A stretch of 64,000 bases of DNA from positions 64,001-128,000 of the forward strand of contig JBITAJ010000029.1 in assembly GCA_044440125.1 (NCBI GenBank), read 5' to 3'. The stretch is from Sedimentisphaeraceae bacterium JB056. Its GTDB lineage: Bacteria > Planctomycetota > Phycisphaerae > Sedimentisphaerales > Sedimentisphaeraceae. A model generated the notes under the pieces. The model saw only the letters and a list, made by a program, of their open reading frames with translations. It had not been told where the DNA came from and did no database searches. Each line of letters opens with the position of its first letter. Position 1 is the stretch's first letter. Below, in pieces: positions 1-9,875 of the stretch. A program made the position numbers and the translations under genes.

Positions 1-2
1 AT

Positions 3-485
3 TTTTCAATTGTGGGTAAGCTTGAAGGTATCAAATTTCACAGGGATAAATGGGTGTTCTTTGTAATTCTTGCTACCCTTATAGGCACTGCAAGCGGTAT
101 CTACGATAAGTTTCTTATAGCAAAGGCTCATTTCTCGCCTGTTACAGTTCAGGCGTGGTTCTCCTGTTATCTCGTAGTGATTCTTGGGTTGGTTACATTG
201 TTCTGCTGGTATCCAAGCCGTAAGAAGACTACGCCGTTCCAATGGCGGATTAGTATCATTTTCATAGGAGTGTTTCTGATAATAGCCGATTTTGTATATT
301 TCAAGGCTCTGGGTATTGAAGGAGCATTACTGATGATTCTTTCAGTATTGCGGCGAAGCAGCGTAATAATATCATTTACTGCAGGCGCACTGATGTTCAA
401 GGAAATGAATAAACGCAAGAAAGCAGTAGCCCTGGCAGGAGTATTGGCAGGCGTGTTTCTTATCCTTTTCGGTTCGGCAGATTAA
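3..485 (+). CDS. EamA/DMT family transporter, C-terminal part (runs off the left edge)
   Basis: Frame is open from position 3; multiple TM helices and a DMT-like ending (YFKAL...SVLRRSSVIISF...LMFKE). Confidence 0.8.
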   Translation, partial: FSIVGKLEGIKFHRDKWVFFVILATLIGTASGIYDKFLIAKAHFSPVTVQAWFSCYLVVILGLVTLFCWYPSRKKTTPFQWRISIIFIGVFLIIADFVYFKALGIEGALLMILSVLRRSSVIISFTAGALMFKEMNKRKKAVALAGVLAGVFLILFGSAD

Positions 486-497
486 TTGTTCTCAGTT

Positions 498-2762
498 CTA
501 AGGTGTAAGCCAGTGAGAGGCGAGAAGAGTTAGATCGTAGAGGTTCACTATGCCGTCGGGAGCTCCGTATGGAGCTATATCGGCTTGCGGGCCGGCAGTC
601 AGCCACTGGTCTGCCATTATGCCAAGATCGTCGGCGTCAACATCTCCATCGGGTTCCAGGTCGCCGGGAATTGTCAGGCTTGCAGTCGTTTGTGCGGTTG
701 TCATTTGATAAGGTACAATACCTGCAACTTGCTTACCGCTTCCGTCAAGCCCGTGGTTATGATACCATAAGTCCCAGATTGTGTCTCCCCAAGCCTTCAA
801 GCCTGAGAAGAATGAATCGGATTGAATGATATAAGCTTGCGCTTCGCCTGAAGGGGTAGGGCTTGAAAGCGTATTGGAGCCGTTTATTTCGTCCCGAAGG
901 AATTCGATATATTCCCTTGATGTTCCTTGATAATAAAGATTCACTACCACCTTGTCGGCACCGTGACCGATTGTCATGTCGATGTCATCGTATCCTCCAG
1001 CATATTCGGTTGCCGAGAAATAATTCGGGTCATCTGTGCCGTGCCATACTGGATGTGAAAGTCGGGCGGTTGCAGAATTGATATCGAACCCCTTTGGAGG
1101 TATGCGGTTGTCCTTGTATCTTCCCGTTGCCAGAACGAAGTGGAATGTTTCGTCTTCACCGGTCAGTTCGCTTGAGGGGTGTACTTCGTAAACAAGTTCA
1201 TCGATATATTCTTCATTTGCCGCAAGGGCAGGGCTGCTGTTTGATTTTGGCAGACCTTTTATTGTGCCTATGGAGTAGTCATATGGATTGGCTTCATATA
1301 TAAGCGTGTCGTTGTAGTAGGCCTGGATATTGATGAACATTCTCCTGCCTTCAGGGAAACCGCTTATAAGTTTATGGCCGGTATTATTCTGAAGCCTGAA
1401 TGACAGGTTTCCAGATACCGGATTGTAAATGACGTTTTTGATTGTTGCGGCACTTTCAAGCTGTGCCAGAGCTCTGTCGGAACCGGCCTTAAGCGCTGCT
1501 CCGGCAGTGAGAGGGGTTTGTCCCAGTGAAAGATCGAGGGTCAGCAGCTCAGGGCCTTTATCAAGTATCTCAACATTGCGAGGGTCGTATACAGCAGAGG
1601 TTGGGTCGAGACTTGCGAGTATATGCGATATCCATGCGTTACCACCGGTGAGATCGTGAATCGGCATGCCGGAGTTTGGATGCTCAGTGCTTTCATCTGG
1701 ACGCAGCGGCACGCCTGATTTGTTGCACCCGTAGCCTACACCATCGGGCATATGGCAATCCTGACATTTACCGACAAAATCGATTCCTCCCGATAACTGC
1801 TGAAATTCAGGATTTGTAGTGGCGCCGCCGTTTCGTGCGTAAGTGGAGAGTGCGAATTCAGAGAATGTTCTTTCAACGTGGAAATATCTGAACGCGGAAT
1901 ATTGTTCTGAAATTTCGTGGACTCCGCCGGAGTTGTCAGTCAGACCGGATAAGCCGAGGTTGGCAAGTGCCGGATTGGACACATCATGGCAAGTAGCGCA
2001 CATATATTTGGATTTATGGTATCTGCTGTAAAGCACGGTGTGGCGTGCGGCTGTATCAGCAAAGCTTGCCCTTTTCTCACCGTTAGGCGAGATGAAGAAT
2101 TGCCCGCTGCCGTTCTCAGTATAGTCAGCGTAAAGCGGCTGATTTTGCGAATTGTAGAAATCTTCACCCGAGAAAGTCTTTATGAGCGTTGATATTGACT
2201 GATCTTCGAGGTAGGTGGTTTCGGCGGCGGTTTGGGATATCGTCCCGCTGCCCGGGCCTGTGTTGGCTGCTTCATCCCAGTAAGTTGCCCAGTCGCTGCC
2301 CTCTCTTATACCTGCATAGGTGTCTTCAAAGAAGGGGTCGTACATTTTATGGCAAAAATCACAGTGTATGCCGTCAAAATCAGAACCAGTCATAGAGGAT
2401 GCATTGGCAGGCTCACTTCGGCCTTCAAGCCATCCTTCGGGGAAATGGCACCTTTCGCATAGATCACCGGCATTAGCATTGCCTAATGCCCATATCGAAT
2501 CCTGCAGGGCAACAGTCATGCAGGCGTAAAAGATCGGGTCTCTGGCCGACTGTGCCATCATTGAACCGGACCAGTTGAAACCTGGTTCTACTGCTGTATC
2601 ATAGTTTGCATGGCAATTGAAGCATCTGCTCGGTGCTTCAAGAGCCGCTTGACCCGGCTGGGTGCCTGGCATCCGCACCAGCGGATCATTTACAATTAAT
2701 AACGGAGTCCATGCTAAAAGGAAGCAGACTGCTATAATAATGAGTGGAATGAATTTTCTCAT
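498..2762 (-). CDS. Secreted multiheme (5x CxxCH) cytochrome c with C-terminal dockerin-like domain
   Basis: Signal peptide; CFNCH, CERCH, CDFCH, CATCH and CQDCH motifs; C-terminal GDLEPDGDVDADDL..QWL / DGIVNLYDL..HWL. Confidence 0.85.
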   Translation of the reverse strand: MRKFIPLIIIAVCFLLAWTPLLIVNDPLVRMPGTQPGQAALEAPSRCFNCHANYDTAVEPGFNWSGSMMAQSARDPIFYACMTVALQDSIWALGNANAGDLCERCHFPEGWLEGRSEPANASSMTGSDFDGIHCDFCHKMYDPFFEDTYAGIREGSDWATYWDEAANTGPGSGTISQTAAETTYLEDQSISTLIKTFSGEDFYNSQNQPLYADYTENGSGQFFISPNGEKRASFADTAARHTVLYSRYHKSKYMCATCHDVSNPALANLGLSGLTDNSGGVHEISEQYSAFRYFHVERTFSEFALSTYARNGGATTNPEFQQLSGGIDFVGKCQDCHMPDGVGYGCNKSGVPLRPDESTEHPNSGMPIHDLTGGNAWISHILASLDPTSAVYDPRNVEILDKGPELLTLDLSLGQTPLTAGAALKAGSDRALAQLESAATIKNVIYNPVSGNLSFRLQNNTGHKLISGFPEGRRMFINIQAYYNDTLIYEANPYDYSIGTIKGLPKSNSSPALAANEEYIDELVYEVHPSSELTGEDETFHFVLATGRYKDNRIPPKGFDINSATARLSHPVWHGTDDPNYFSATEYAGGYDDIDMTIGHGADKVVVNLYYQGTSREYIEFLRDEINGSNTLSSPTPSGEAQAYIIQSDSFFSGLKAWGDTIWDLWYHNHGLDGSGKQVAGIVPYQMTTAQTTASLTIPGDLEPDGDVDADDLGIMADQWLTAGPQADIAPYGAPDGIVNLYDLTLLASHWLTP

Positions 2763-2986
2763 TTTGTTCCTAATCCTTTATTAATATCTAAGTCAGTATA
2801 GCATAAAAGTCCTGTTTTTACAATTTTTAAAGCTGGAGGTTTGCATTTAGAGGTATTAGTCTTTTGTCTTACTATTTAGAATTTAATATAGTTAATTGCT
2901 ATTTTATTGAATATGCTTTGAAGAACGCTACAATAAAATTGTCGGCATTGGAATACTTTTTGTTTTAATTCAGACGAGGGCAGGAA

Positions 2987-3601
2987 ATGTTTAATCTTGA
3001 ATTTTTGATTACTTCACTGGTTGTTGTATTGATTCCCGGTACGGGAGTGATCTATACTGTTTCGAATGGTCTTTTTGCCGGTCGGCGTTCGGCTGTTGCA
3101 GCAGCTTGCGGATGTACTTGCGGGATTATCCCTCATTTGCTTGCGTGCATAACAGGGTTGTCGCTGATACTTCATACCAGTGCGGTTGCGTTCCAGACAG
3201 TCAAATTTATCGGGGCGGCTTATCTGTTGTATATGGCATGGTCGATGTGGCGACAAACAGGGGTGCTTAAACTTGATGATGACAGGCCGATGCAGAGTAA
3301 TAGGCAGATAGCAGTCAGAGGGATGCTTATCAATATCCTGAACCCCAAGCTTTCAATCTTCTTCTTAGCGTATCTGCCGCTTTTCGTTTCGCCGGATTCC
3401 GGTTCACCTACATTGCAGATGCTTTTTATGAGCGGAGTCTTTATGGTGATAACCCTGATAATATTTATCCTTTACGGCATATTTGCAAATGCAGTGAGGC
3501 AGTACGTGATAAGTTCGACAAAAATCATGAGCAGAGTGCAGCGTTCTTTTGCTGTTATCTTTGCAATACTTGGCCTGAAACTTGCGATGTCCGATAAGTA
3601 A
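2987..3601 (+). CDS. LysE/RhtB family translocator
   Basis: N-terminal IPGTG, GAAYLLYMAW and NILNPK motifs; hydrophobic. Confidence 0.9.
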   Translation: MFNLEFLITSLVVVLIPGTGVIYTVSNGLFAGRRSAVAAACGCTCGIIPHLLACITGLSLILHTSAVAFQTVKFIGAAYLLYMAWSMWRQTGVLKLDDDRPMQSNRQIAVRGMLINILNPKLSIFFLAYLPLFVSPDSGSPTLQMLFMSGVFMVITLIIFILYGIFANAVRQYVISSTKIMSRVQRSFAVIFAILGLKLAMSDK

Positions 3602-3628
3602 AGGTTTCTTAAATAATATCTGGGGTAG

Positions 3629-4381
3629 GTGATGGGAAAGATAATTCAAAAACTGTTTGATGGTTTGAGCTTGAAATATATAGTTAAGATTGCAATGATT
3701 GTGACTTTTGCAGTTCTTTTGACGGAGTTGTTATATATAGGAGCTGCATACAGTTTTGGTGCAAGATGTGTCGGTAATGTGCTCTATGAACTGTTTTTCG
3801 GCTCATTCTGTCTCTTTTTCAAGTTTTATGGGTTACTTTTCTGTCTTGGGTTCATTCTGCTGATTGTATTTATGTTTATTCAGGATAGAAAGACGACTGT
3901 CAAATGGTTTATAATATTAGTTGTTTCTGCCGTGGAATTTTACGCATTGGAATGCTTGGTAGAGCCTGTTCAGTTTTTTTGTGTTAAGGGTTTTGCGAAT
4001 CATGCTTCACAGCGAGTTGATATTGAAATGGTGCAAAGCTGGTTGGCTTCTAAAAAGATAGCCCCTGGTGTGGAGGTTGCTGATTTTATTGCTTCTGGGC
4101 CAGAAGAACTTTATGGATTGAATTCAAGATTTTTGACTTTATACAGTTACAATGGCAAGCGTGCATTAATGGCATCTTACGGCAGCAGTCTTACAGGTGT
4201 TTTATTTGGATTTGTTGTGACAGGTGAAAACGGGGCGCCGATAATTACCAAAGATACTTATCCGCCTGGATGGAAGATTAAGGAAGTGAATGAGTGTTTA
4301 TATTTGTGGAACGGTAGGAAATATGATGCTCCGCCAATTGCGGAATTATTCGGTATCGAACCTGTTGCTTATATTGATTAG
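3629..4381 (+). CDS. Hypothetical membrane protein
   Basis: 250-aa ORF with about 3 N-terminal TM segments, co-oriented with its neighbours. Confidence 0.6.
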   Translation: MMGKIIQKLFDGLSLKYIVKIAMIVTFAVLLTELLYIGAAYSFGARCVGNVLYELFFGSFCLFFKFYGLLFCLGFILLIVFMFIQDRKTTVKWFIILVVSAVEFYALECLVEPVQFFCVKGFANHASQRVDIEMVQSWLASKKIAPGVEVADFIASGPEELYGLNSRFLTLYSYNGKRALMASYGSSLTGVLFGFVVTGENGAPIITKDTYPPGWKIKEVNECLYLWNGRKYDAPPIAELFGIEPVAYID

Positions 4382-4405
4382 AGGGATTTGTAAAGAGGAA
4401 AAGAA

Positions 4406-5341
4406 ATGAGTGAAGGTCAAGGAACTAAGAAGCGGAGTGTTTGGGGGGCGGTTGGGTTATCTCTATTGATGCCGGGGCTTGGGCATGCTTATTGCGGCAA
4501 GTTATCAATCTGCATTATAATAATGATCTGGAGTTTGATTATTACGCCGGTCTTTGCTGCGGCTTTTGCTGGAGGCAGATTTCTTCTTGCGGAAGTTTTG
4601 TTTATTGTAGTCGTGCTTGTGGATATTGCTATTGTAATAGAAGCCGGATTGCGGGCAAAACGATTGGACAGCGGTTATCAGCTTAAGAGATGCAATTCGT
4701 GGAAAGTCTATATTTTACTGCTTATCATTGGGTTAGGGTTCTATAATCTTGAGAGAAAGCTTGTGAGAATTAATCTGGTTGAAATATTTGATATTCCAAC
4801 AATCTCTAACTACCCAACTTTTATCCCCGGTGACAGATTGGCGGCGAACAAGCTTGTATATAAATGTGAGACTCCCAAGCGTGGTGATCTTGCCGTTATT
4901 ATATCACCAGAGGATAGCGGTATATATTTTGTTAAGAGAATTATTGCGGTTGCGGGTGATAGGGTGGAGATCAAGGATAATGATGTTTTTGTTAACGGCC
5001 AGGAGCTTGAAAGAGAGAAGGTTTCTTATGGCGATCTGAATGGGATTAAAGTGGGTTTTCAAGGAGTACCGCTTGCTGGCGATGTTTACTATGAGACTAA
5101 CGGCGAAGTGAGGTATAAGATCTTTCTTGCCGATGTTCAATATGATGAAAAAAAGGATAGTTTCGAGAAAATAACAGTTGCGCCGAACCAATATTTTGTG
5201 CTTGGTGACAATCGTAATATGTCTCGTGACAGCCGTCACTTTGGCTGTGTGGAGCAGGATAAGATTATTGCAAGAGCTGATTATATCTGCTGGCCGGCGA
5301 AGGACTGGTCGAGGTTTGGTGTGATAAACGGCGAAAAGTGA
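4406..5341 (+). CDS. lepB: Signal peptidase I (S26) paralog with N-terminal membrane domain
   Basis: IPTISNYPT (catalytic Ser box), YFVKRIIA (catalytic Lys), YFVLGDNRNMSRDSRHFG. Confidence 0.85.
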   Translation: MSEGQGTKKRSVWGAVGLSLLMPGLGHAYCGKLSICIIIMIWSLIITPVFAAAFAGGRFLLAEVLFIVVVLVDIAIVIEAGLRAKRLDSGYQLKRCNSWKVYILLLIIGLGFYNLERKLVRINLVEIFDIPTISNYPTFIPGDRLAANKLVYKCETPKRGDLAVIISPEDSGIYFVKRIIAVAGDRVEIKDNDVFVNGQELEREKVSYGDLNGIKVGFQGVPLAGDVYYETNGEVRYKIFLADVQYDEKKDSFEKITVAPNQYFVLGDNRNMSRDSRHFGCVEQDKIIARADYICWPAKDWSRFGVINGEK

Positions 5342-5481
5342 TTAGTGGAATGGGGTAGTACAATTGCTTTCTGGCAATTTCAATGTTTTGGTTGTAAAAA
5401 CATTATTCTTTAGTTATTATAGCTGGTATTGATTGGGTTAAATTCAGTTGTTAAGGTGCTAATAAGATATTGGAGAGGATT

Positions 5482-7626
5482 ATGCAGCGTTGTTATTTGA
5501 TTGCTGCCGGATTGCTATTTGCAATTCAATTTTTTTGCGGTGCTGCTTACGGGCAGGACGGTCAAGATATTTCTGCGGATGTTGATCAGCGGCATCAATA
5601 CATACTTTCATTCTGCAGCCCTGAAGATTATGTCGATCATATGTACATCGGCCGGCTTGAGGTCTGTGACATGGAGAATAAATGGCTCGTGGAAACCGGA
5701 AGGGAAGTTCTTGATGAGACTTGGGGAATAACTGACAGGTCCAGTTTTCTTGATGTGATTCTGTGGCAGGTTGAGAAGGGGTATGGACCTCGCATTGAGA
5801 GATTTGCAGGGTATATAAGCAGGGTTTCAAAAGATAAGTATGAGGGAATGATAGCGAAGTATCGGGATGACGAGGAGAACCTTTACCGGGTATTCTTAGG
5901 CAGGAAATACAGCAATATGTTTCGCAGCGGCAAGATGCGGGTGTGGGATATCTGCAACGCAATTTCCATTACAAGGCTGGCTTATACTTGCGGTTATATC
6001 GATGAAGACGAGGCGTGGCGGATGCTTGAAGGTCTTGAAATCCCCAAGAAAATGCTGGCTCAGTATGAAAGTTGGCAGGATTTCTATGACCATTATCTGA
6101 TAGCAAGACATTACTGGTCCAAGGAAGATACAGAGAATAATAGCAACCAGCTTGCCTTGGGAGCCATGGCATTGTCTGAGATGCGGTATAGTCCGTGGCA
6201 GCGATACAAAGATATGAAGCCCGCAAAAAGCGGCCTTCCTGATTATTTCCTGCAAAATATCGAGGTTCCGGATGCTGAAGTGTCCTATCCCGTGATAATT
6301 CATAACGAAAGGTCTGATTATAAGGATGCTTTTGTTGTCTCAGACAGCAATGATATTTACAGGGCTGTTTGTGATAAAAATATCTCGAGGATATTTGTAG
6401 CCGGTGGTGATTATTATATGCCAAGGCCCCTCAAGCTTGGAGCAGGGCAGTCTATTATAGGAGCAGGACGTGATAAGGTTGTTTTCCGATTCAGAACAGA
6501 AGATGATAGCTGCGTTGAGATGAGTTCATTCTTTAACCTGCTTGAAGCTGTTACATTGACTGATGAGTCTAAAAAAAGATGCGGAGAGATGATTTTGGTA
6601 AACGGCAGTGATTGTGTGATAAGAAATTGCCGTATAACCGAAACTAAAAAACGCGGCATTTTGATTTCAAAAGGAGCAAAGGCATTTGTTGACAGTTGTA
6701 CGCTTGAGAGCAACGGCGGTATTAAATGCAGTGGCGGCAAGCTGAGGCTTGCAGGTTCACATATCGAAAAGTCAACAAGTTGTGGTGTGCTTGCGGCAAA
6801 GGCGGCTGATGTTGACATTGAAGGCTGCAATATCATTGCTTCAAAAGGTGAAGGGATTCGTTGTGATAAGTGCAGCAACGTGATGATTACAAATAACATT
6901 GTGATGGATAATGAGGGATGGGGGATTGAAATTAAAGAAGCTGAGAATGATTTCTATGTACTGAACAATTTTCTCAAAGGCAATGAACTTTCAGGTGTGA
7001 TTGCCGATGATTGCGGCATGGGGGTTATAAGTTACAATCAGTCGCATCTTAATGGTTATGACGGTATTCTGGTTGATCAAGAAGGGCCGGTTGTTGTTGC
7101 TGGAAACCGTTGCTATCGCAATGGCTTTTATGGGATAGATGTAACCGCATCTAATCCTGATGTCTCGGATAATGAAGCGGTCAATAATAATTATTCCGGT
7201 ATTGTCTGTACGATGCCTTCAAGGGTTAGGGGTAACAGAGCTGCTGGGAATATGTGGGATGGAATTGAACTTTGTGATGACATGATAGAATTCAGTGGTA
7301 ATGTGATTGACCGGAATATGTATGTCGGGGTTGATGTCTATGAGGATGTTTTCTCAATTAATATTGAAGCTAATTCTATCAGTGAGAATCTGTGGGCTGG
7401 AATTTATATTCGCAGCGAGTCTTATAAGGTAAAAATCAGTCGCAACCAAATCAATGATAATGGAGCCTGGCCAATTGTTTTTGCAAATGAAAAAGTTGTC
7501 GCGATTTGTAAAGATAATCAATTCAAAGGCAACTTTCAAGGCGACAAACTCAAAGTCAGGAAGAAGGAGAGCGGCTACCTTGATAAATTCGAACTATATT
7601 ACGGTAAGCTAAGCAAGGGGAAATAG
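5482..7626 (+). CDS. Secreted DUF1266 + right-handed parallel beta-helix protein
   Basis: ATG 5482 follows GGAGAGG; signal peptide; DUF1266-like WGITD...WD...AYTCGYIDEDEAW...SWQDF; C-terminal N-x-x-x-G-I beta-helix repeats. Confidence 0.7.
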   Translation: MQRCYLIAAGLLFAIQFFCGAAYGQDGQDISADVDQRHQYILSFCSPEDYVDHMYIGRLEVCDMENKWLVETGREVLDETWGITDRSSFLDVILWQVEKGYGPRIERFAGYISRVSKDKYEGMIAKYRDDEENLYRVFLGRKYSNMFRSGKMRVWDICNAISITRLAYTCGYIDEDEAWRMLEGLEIPKKMLAQYESWQDFYDHYLIARHYWSKEDTENNSNQLALGAMALSEMRYSPWQRYKDMKPAKSGLPDYFLQNIEVPDAEVSYPVIIHNERSDYKDAFVVSDSNDIYRAVCDKNISRIFVAGGDYYMPRPLKLGAGQSIIGAGRDKVVFRFRTEDDSCVEMSSFFNLLEAVTLTDESKKRCGEMILVNGSDCVIRNCRITETKKRGILISKGAKAFVDSCTLESNGGIKCSGGKLRLAGSHIEKSTSCGVLAAKAADVDIEGCNIIASKGEGIRCDKCSNVMITNNIVMDNEGWGIEIKEAENDFYVLNNFLKGNELSGVIADDCGMGVISYNQSHLNGYDGILVDQEGPVVVAGNRCYRNGFYGIDVTASNPDVSDNEAVNNNYSGIVCTMPSRVRGNRAAGNMWDGIELCDDMIEFSGNVIDRNMYVGVDVYEDVFSINIEANSISENLWAGIYIRSESYKVKISRNQINDNGAWPIVFANEKVVAICKDNQFKGNFQGDKLKVRKKESGYLDKFELYYGKLSKGK

Positions 7627-7659
7627 TTTGACTTGTGATGATTGAAAGGAGTTAGGAAT

Positions 7660-8907
7660 ATGCGTGTATGCATACATCGAGGTTGTAAGCAGATAGGCGG
7701 CAGTTGTGTAGAGGTTGAAAAAGATGGACAGAGGTTGTTAGTAGACATTGGGCTGCCCTTAGATGCTGAAGGTGAAAGCTCTAAATATCTGCCTGAAATA
7801 GAAGGTTTGGATGGTAAGGATGAATCTTTGCTTGGGATTCTTATTTCTCATCCGCATATTGATCATTTCGGATTATTGGAAGATGTTTCTCCTGTTGTTC
7901 CCATAGGAATTGGAGCGGCCGCAAGAAGAATACTTAAAGCCGCGGCTCCATTTTTGCCAAACAAAAAAGATCTTTCGTTTAATGGGTGGGAGTTGAACTC
8001 AGAGAAGTGTATAAGAATCGGTCCATTTACAGTAACTCCTTATCTTGTAGATCATTCAGCGTATGATTCTTATGCATTTAAGATTGAAAGCGGAGGAAAG
8101 AGCCTTTTCTATAGCGGTGATTTTCGTGCTCATGGAAGAAAAGCAGCTTTGTTTGAACGCTTAATTTCCGATCCGCCTAAAAATATTGACGTACTTTTAA
8201 TGGAAGGTTCATCTTTGGGGCGTATTTCTGAGTTTCAGCAATTCCCAACAGAAGATGAAATAGAAGATAGATTAACGGGGATTTTATCTCAGACCGCTGG
8301 CTTAGGGTTGGTTCATACATCTGGACAAAATATCGACAGGATTGTTTCTGTTTTCCGTGCTTCTAAGAAAACGGGGAGAAAATTGGTCTTAGATCTTTAT
8401 ACTGCATCAATTCTGCATGCTACAAAAAACCGTAATATACCGCAATCATACTGGTCAGATGTCGCACTGTATGTGCCGCAAGCGCAACGAATTAAAATAA
8501 AGAAGAATAGATGGTTTGAATTGTTGGAGAGGCACTCCTCTGGACGAATATATATTGATGAAATTAAGGAGGATTCCAATAAATTTACTCTGTTGTTTCG
8601 TCCATTGCACGGGTCAGATTTGGAAAAGGCTGAATGTCTTGAAGGAGCGGCATACATTTATTCTCAATGGGAAGGTTATTGGGAGCAAGGCTCTTACGAT
8701 TTTGTAAAAAAATGGCTTTGTCGAAATTCTATTCCCAAATATAGTGTTCATACATCTGGGCATGCCAGTTTGGAAAATCTGAAAGAAATGGCTTCTGCTA
8801 TCAATCCGGCTTCTTTGGTGCCGATTCACAGCTTTATGCCGGAACGATATTTAGAATTATTTGATAATGTACATGTTAAGCAAGACAATGAATGGTGGAA
8901 TGTATAA
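7660..8907 (+). CDS. MBL-fold beta-CASP (RNase J-like) nuclease
   Basis: IGGSC, SHPHIDH (HxHxDH), VDHS, YSGDFRAHG, LMEGS, VHTSGHA and PIH motifs; ATG 7660 follows AGGAG. Confidence 0.85.
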   Translation: MRVCIHRGCKQIGGSCVEVEKDGQRLLVDIGLPLDAEGESSKYLPEIEGLDGKDESLLGILISHPHIDHFGLLEDVSPVVPIGIGAAARRILKAAAPFLPNKKDLSFNGWELNSEKCIRIGPFTVTPYLVDHSAYDSYAFKIESGGKSLFYSGDFRAHGRKAALFERLISDPPKNIDVLLMEGSSLGRISEFQQFPTEDEIEDRLTGILSQTAGLGLVHTSGQNIDRIVSVFRASKKTGRKLVLDLYTASILHATKNRNIPQSYWSDVALYVPQAQRIKIKKNRWFELLERHSSGRIYIDEIKEDSNKFTLLFRPLHGSDLEKAECLEGAAYIYSQWEGYWEQGSYDFVKKWLCRNSIPKYSVHTSGHASLENLKEMASAINPASLVPIHSFMPERYLELFDNVHVKQDNEWWNV

Positions 8908-9855
8908 ATGAAAACGAGAACGATATCAGACGACTTTATGAGTGACCTAATGGTTGGGAAGCTTAGCTCTCTGCTCAGTCGAATTAAACAAGACCATACT
9001 CTTATGCTGTCAATAAGGAAGAACTATGTTAATATATATTATCGAGGCGGGAATATTCTCAAAGTAGAAGAGCAAAGCAACGGTTCTTACCGTTCTTTTT
9101 TCGATCAAAATTACGATACACAGAATAGACTTAATGGATTAGCCTTGAAAATGCCGAGCTCTATTAATAGTCGTGATGATTCTGACCATTGGGTGGCGGC
9201 ATTACAGGAATTAAAGGGGATAATGGATTGTTATTTTTCTACGTATAACAAGCCGGAGCGAGAGTTTCAGCAGTTGATTGCCCGTGAGAATAATTTTTCA
9301 ACGATCTCAAATCAAAGCGAGTATTTTGTTTCAGATATTGAGCTTGCGGATTCTGGGCTTGGAGCGAGATTCGATATTTTGGCTCTCCGATGGCTTGCAT
9401 CGCAACGAAAAAATGCAGCCGGTTTTCGTCCTGTATTAATTGAAATGAAGTATGGCGATAATGCATTAAATGGAAGCTCAGGGATAATCAAGCATCTTGC
9501 TGATATTCAAGAAATTATTGAAGAAGGCAAATATGAGTTGTTAATTGATACTATGCTAAGCCAGTTTGTGCAGTTGGATGAACTTGGTTTGATGAAATTT
9601 AATAAAGTAGCAAACTGGGTGAGTCCTGAAATAGATAAGGAAGTGAAACCTGAGATTGTCTTTGTATTGGCCAATCACAATCCACGAAGCTCTACCTTAA
9701 AAACAATATTGAACGATCCCAAAATTGATAAATTTGATGCTTCTGGAAATTTTGACTTAAGGTTCCATGTTTCCAGCTTCTCTGGTTATGCGTTACATGC
9801 TGACTGTATGTTACCCTTGAAAGAATTCAGGAAATTAGTAAATAGCAAAAGCTGA
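8908..9855 (+). CDS. Putative PD-(D/E)xK nuclease
   Basis: EREFQQ...SDIE...RFDILAL...LIEMKYG pattern; N-terminal IYYRGG; ATG directly follows the upstream TAA. Confidence 0.6.
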   Translation: MKTRTISDDFMSDLMVGKLSSLLSRIKQDHTLMLSIRKNYVNIYYRGGNILKVEEQSNGSYRSFFDQNYDTQNRLNGLALKMPSSINSRDDSDHWVAALQELKGIMDCYFSTYNKPEREFQQLIARENNFSTISNQSEYFVSDIELADSGLGARFDILALRWLASQRKNAAGFRPVLIEMKYGDNALNGSSGIIKHLADIQEIIEEGKYELLIDTMLSQFVQLDELGLMKFNKVANWVSPEIDKEVKPEIVFVLANHNPRSSTLKTILNDPKIDKFDASGNFDLRFHVSSFSGYALHADCMLPLKEFRKLVNSKS

Positions 9856-9875
9856 GTAGGTGGAAATAGAATTGC

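Noticed and set aside
7660..8907. Housekeeping RNase J (rnj)
   Set aside because: Too short, lacks the C-terminal domain, and sits in an accessory context coupled to a second nuclease; no gene symbol assigned.
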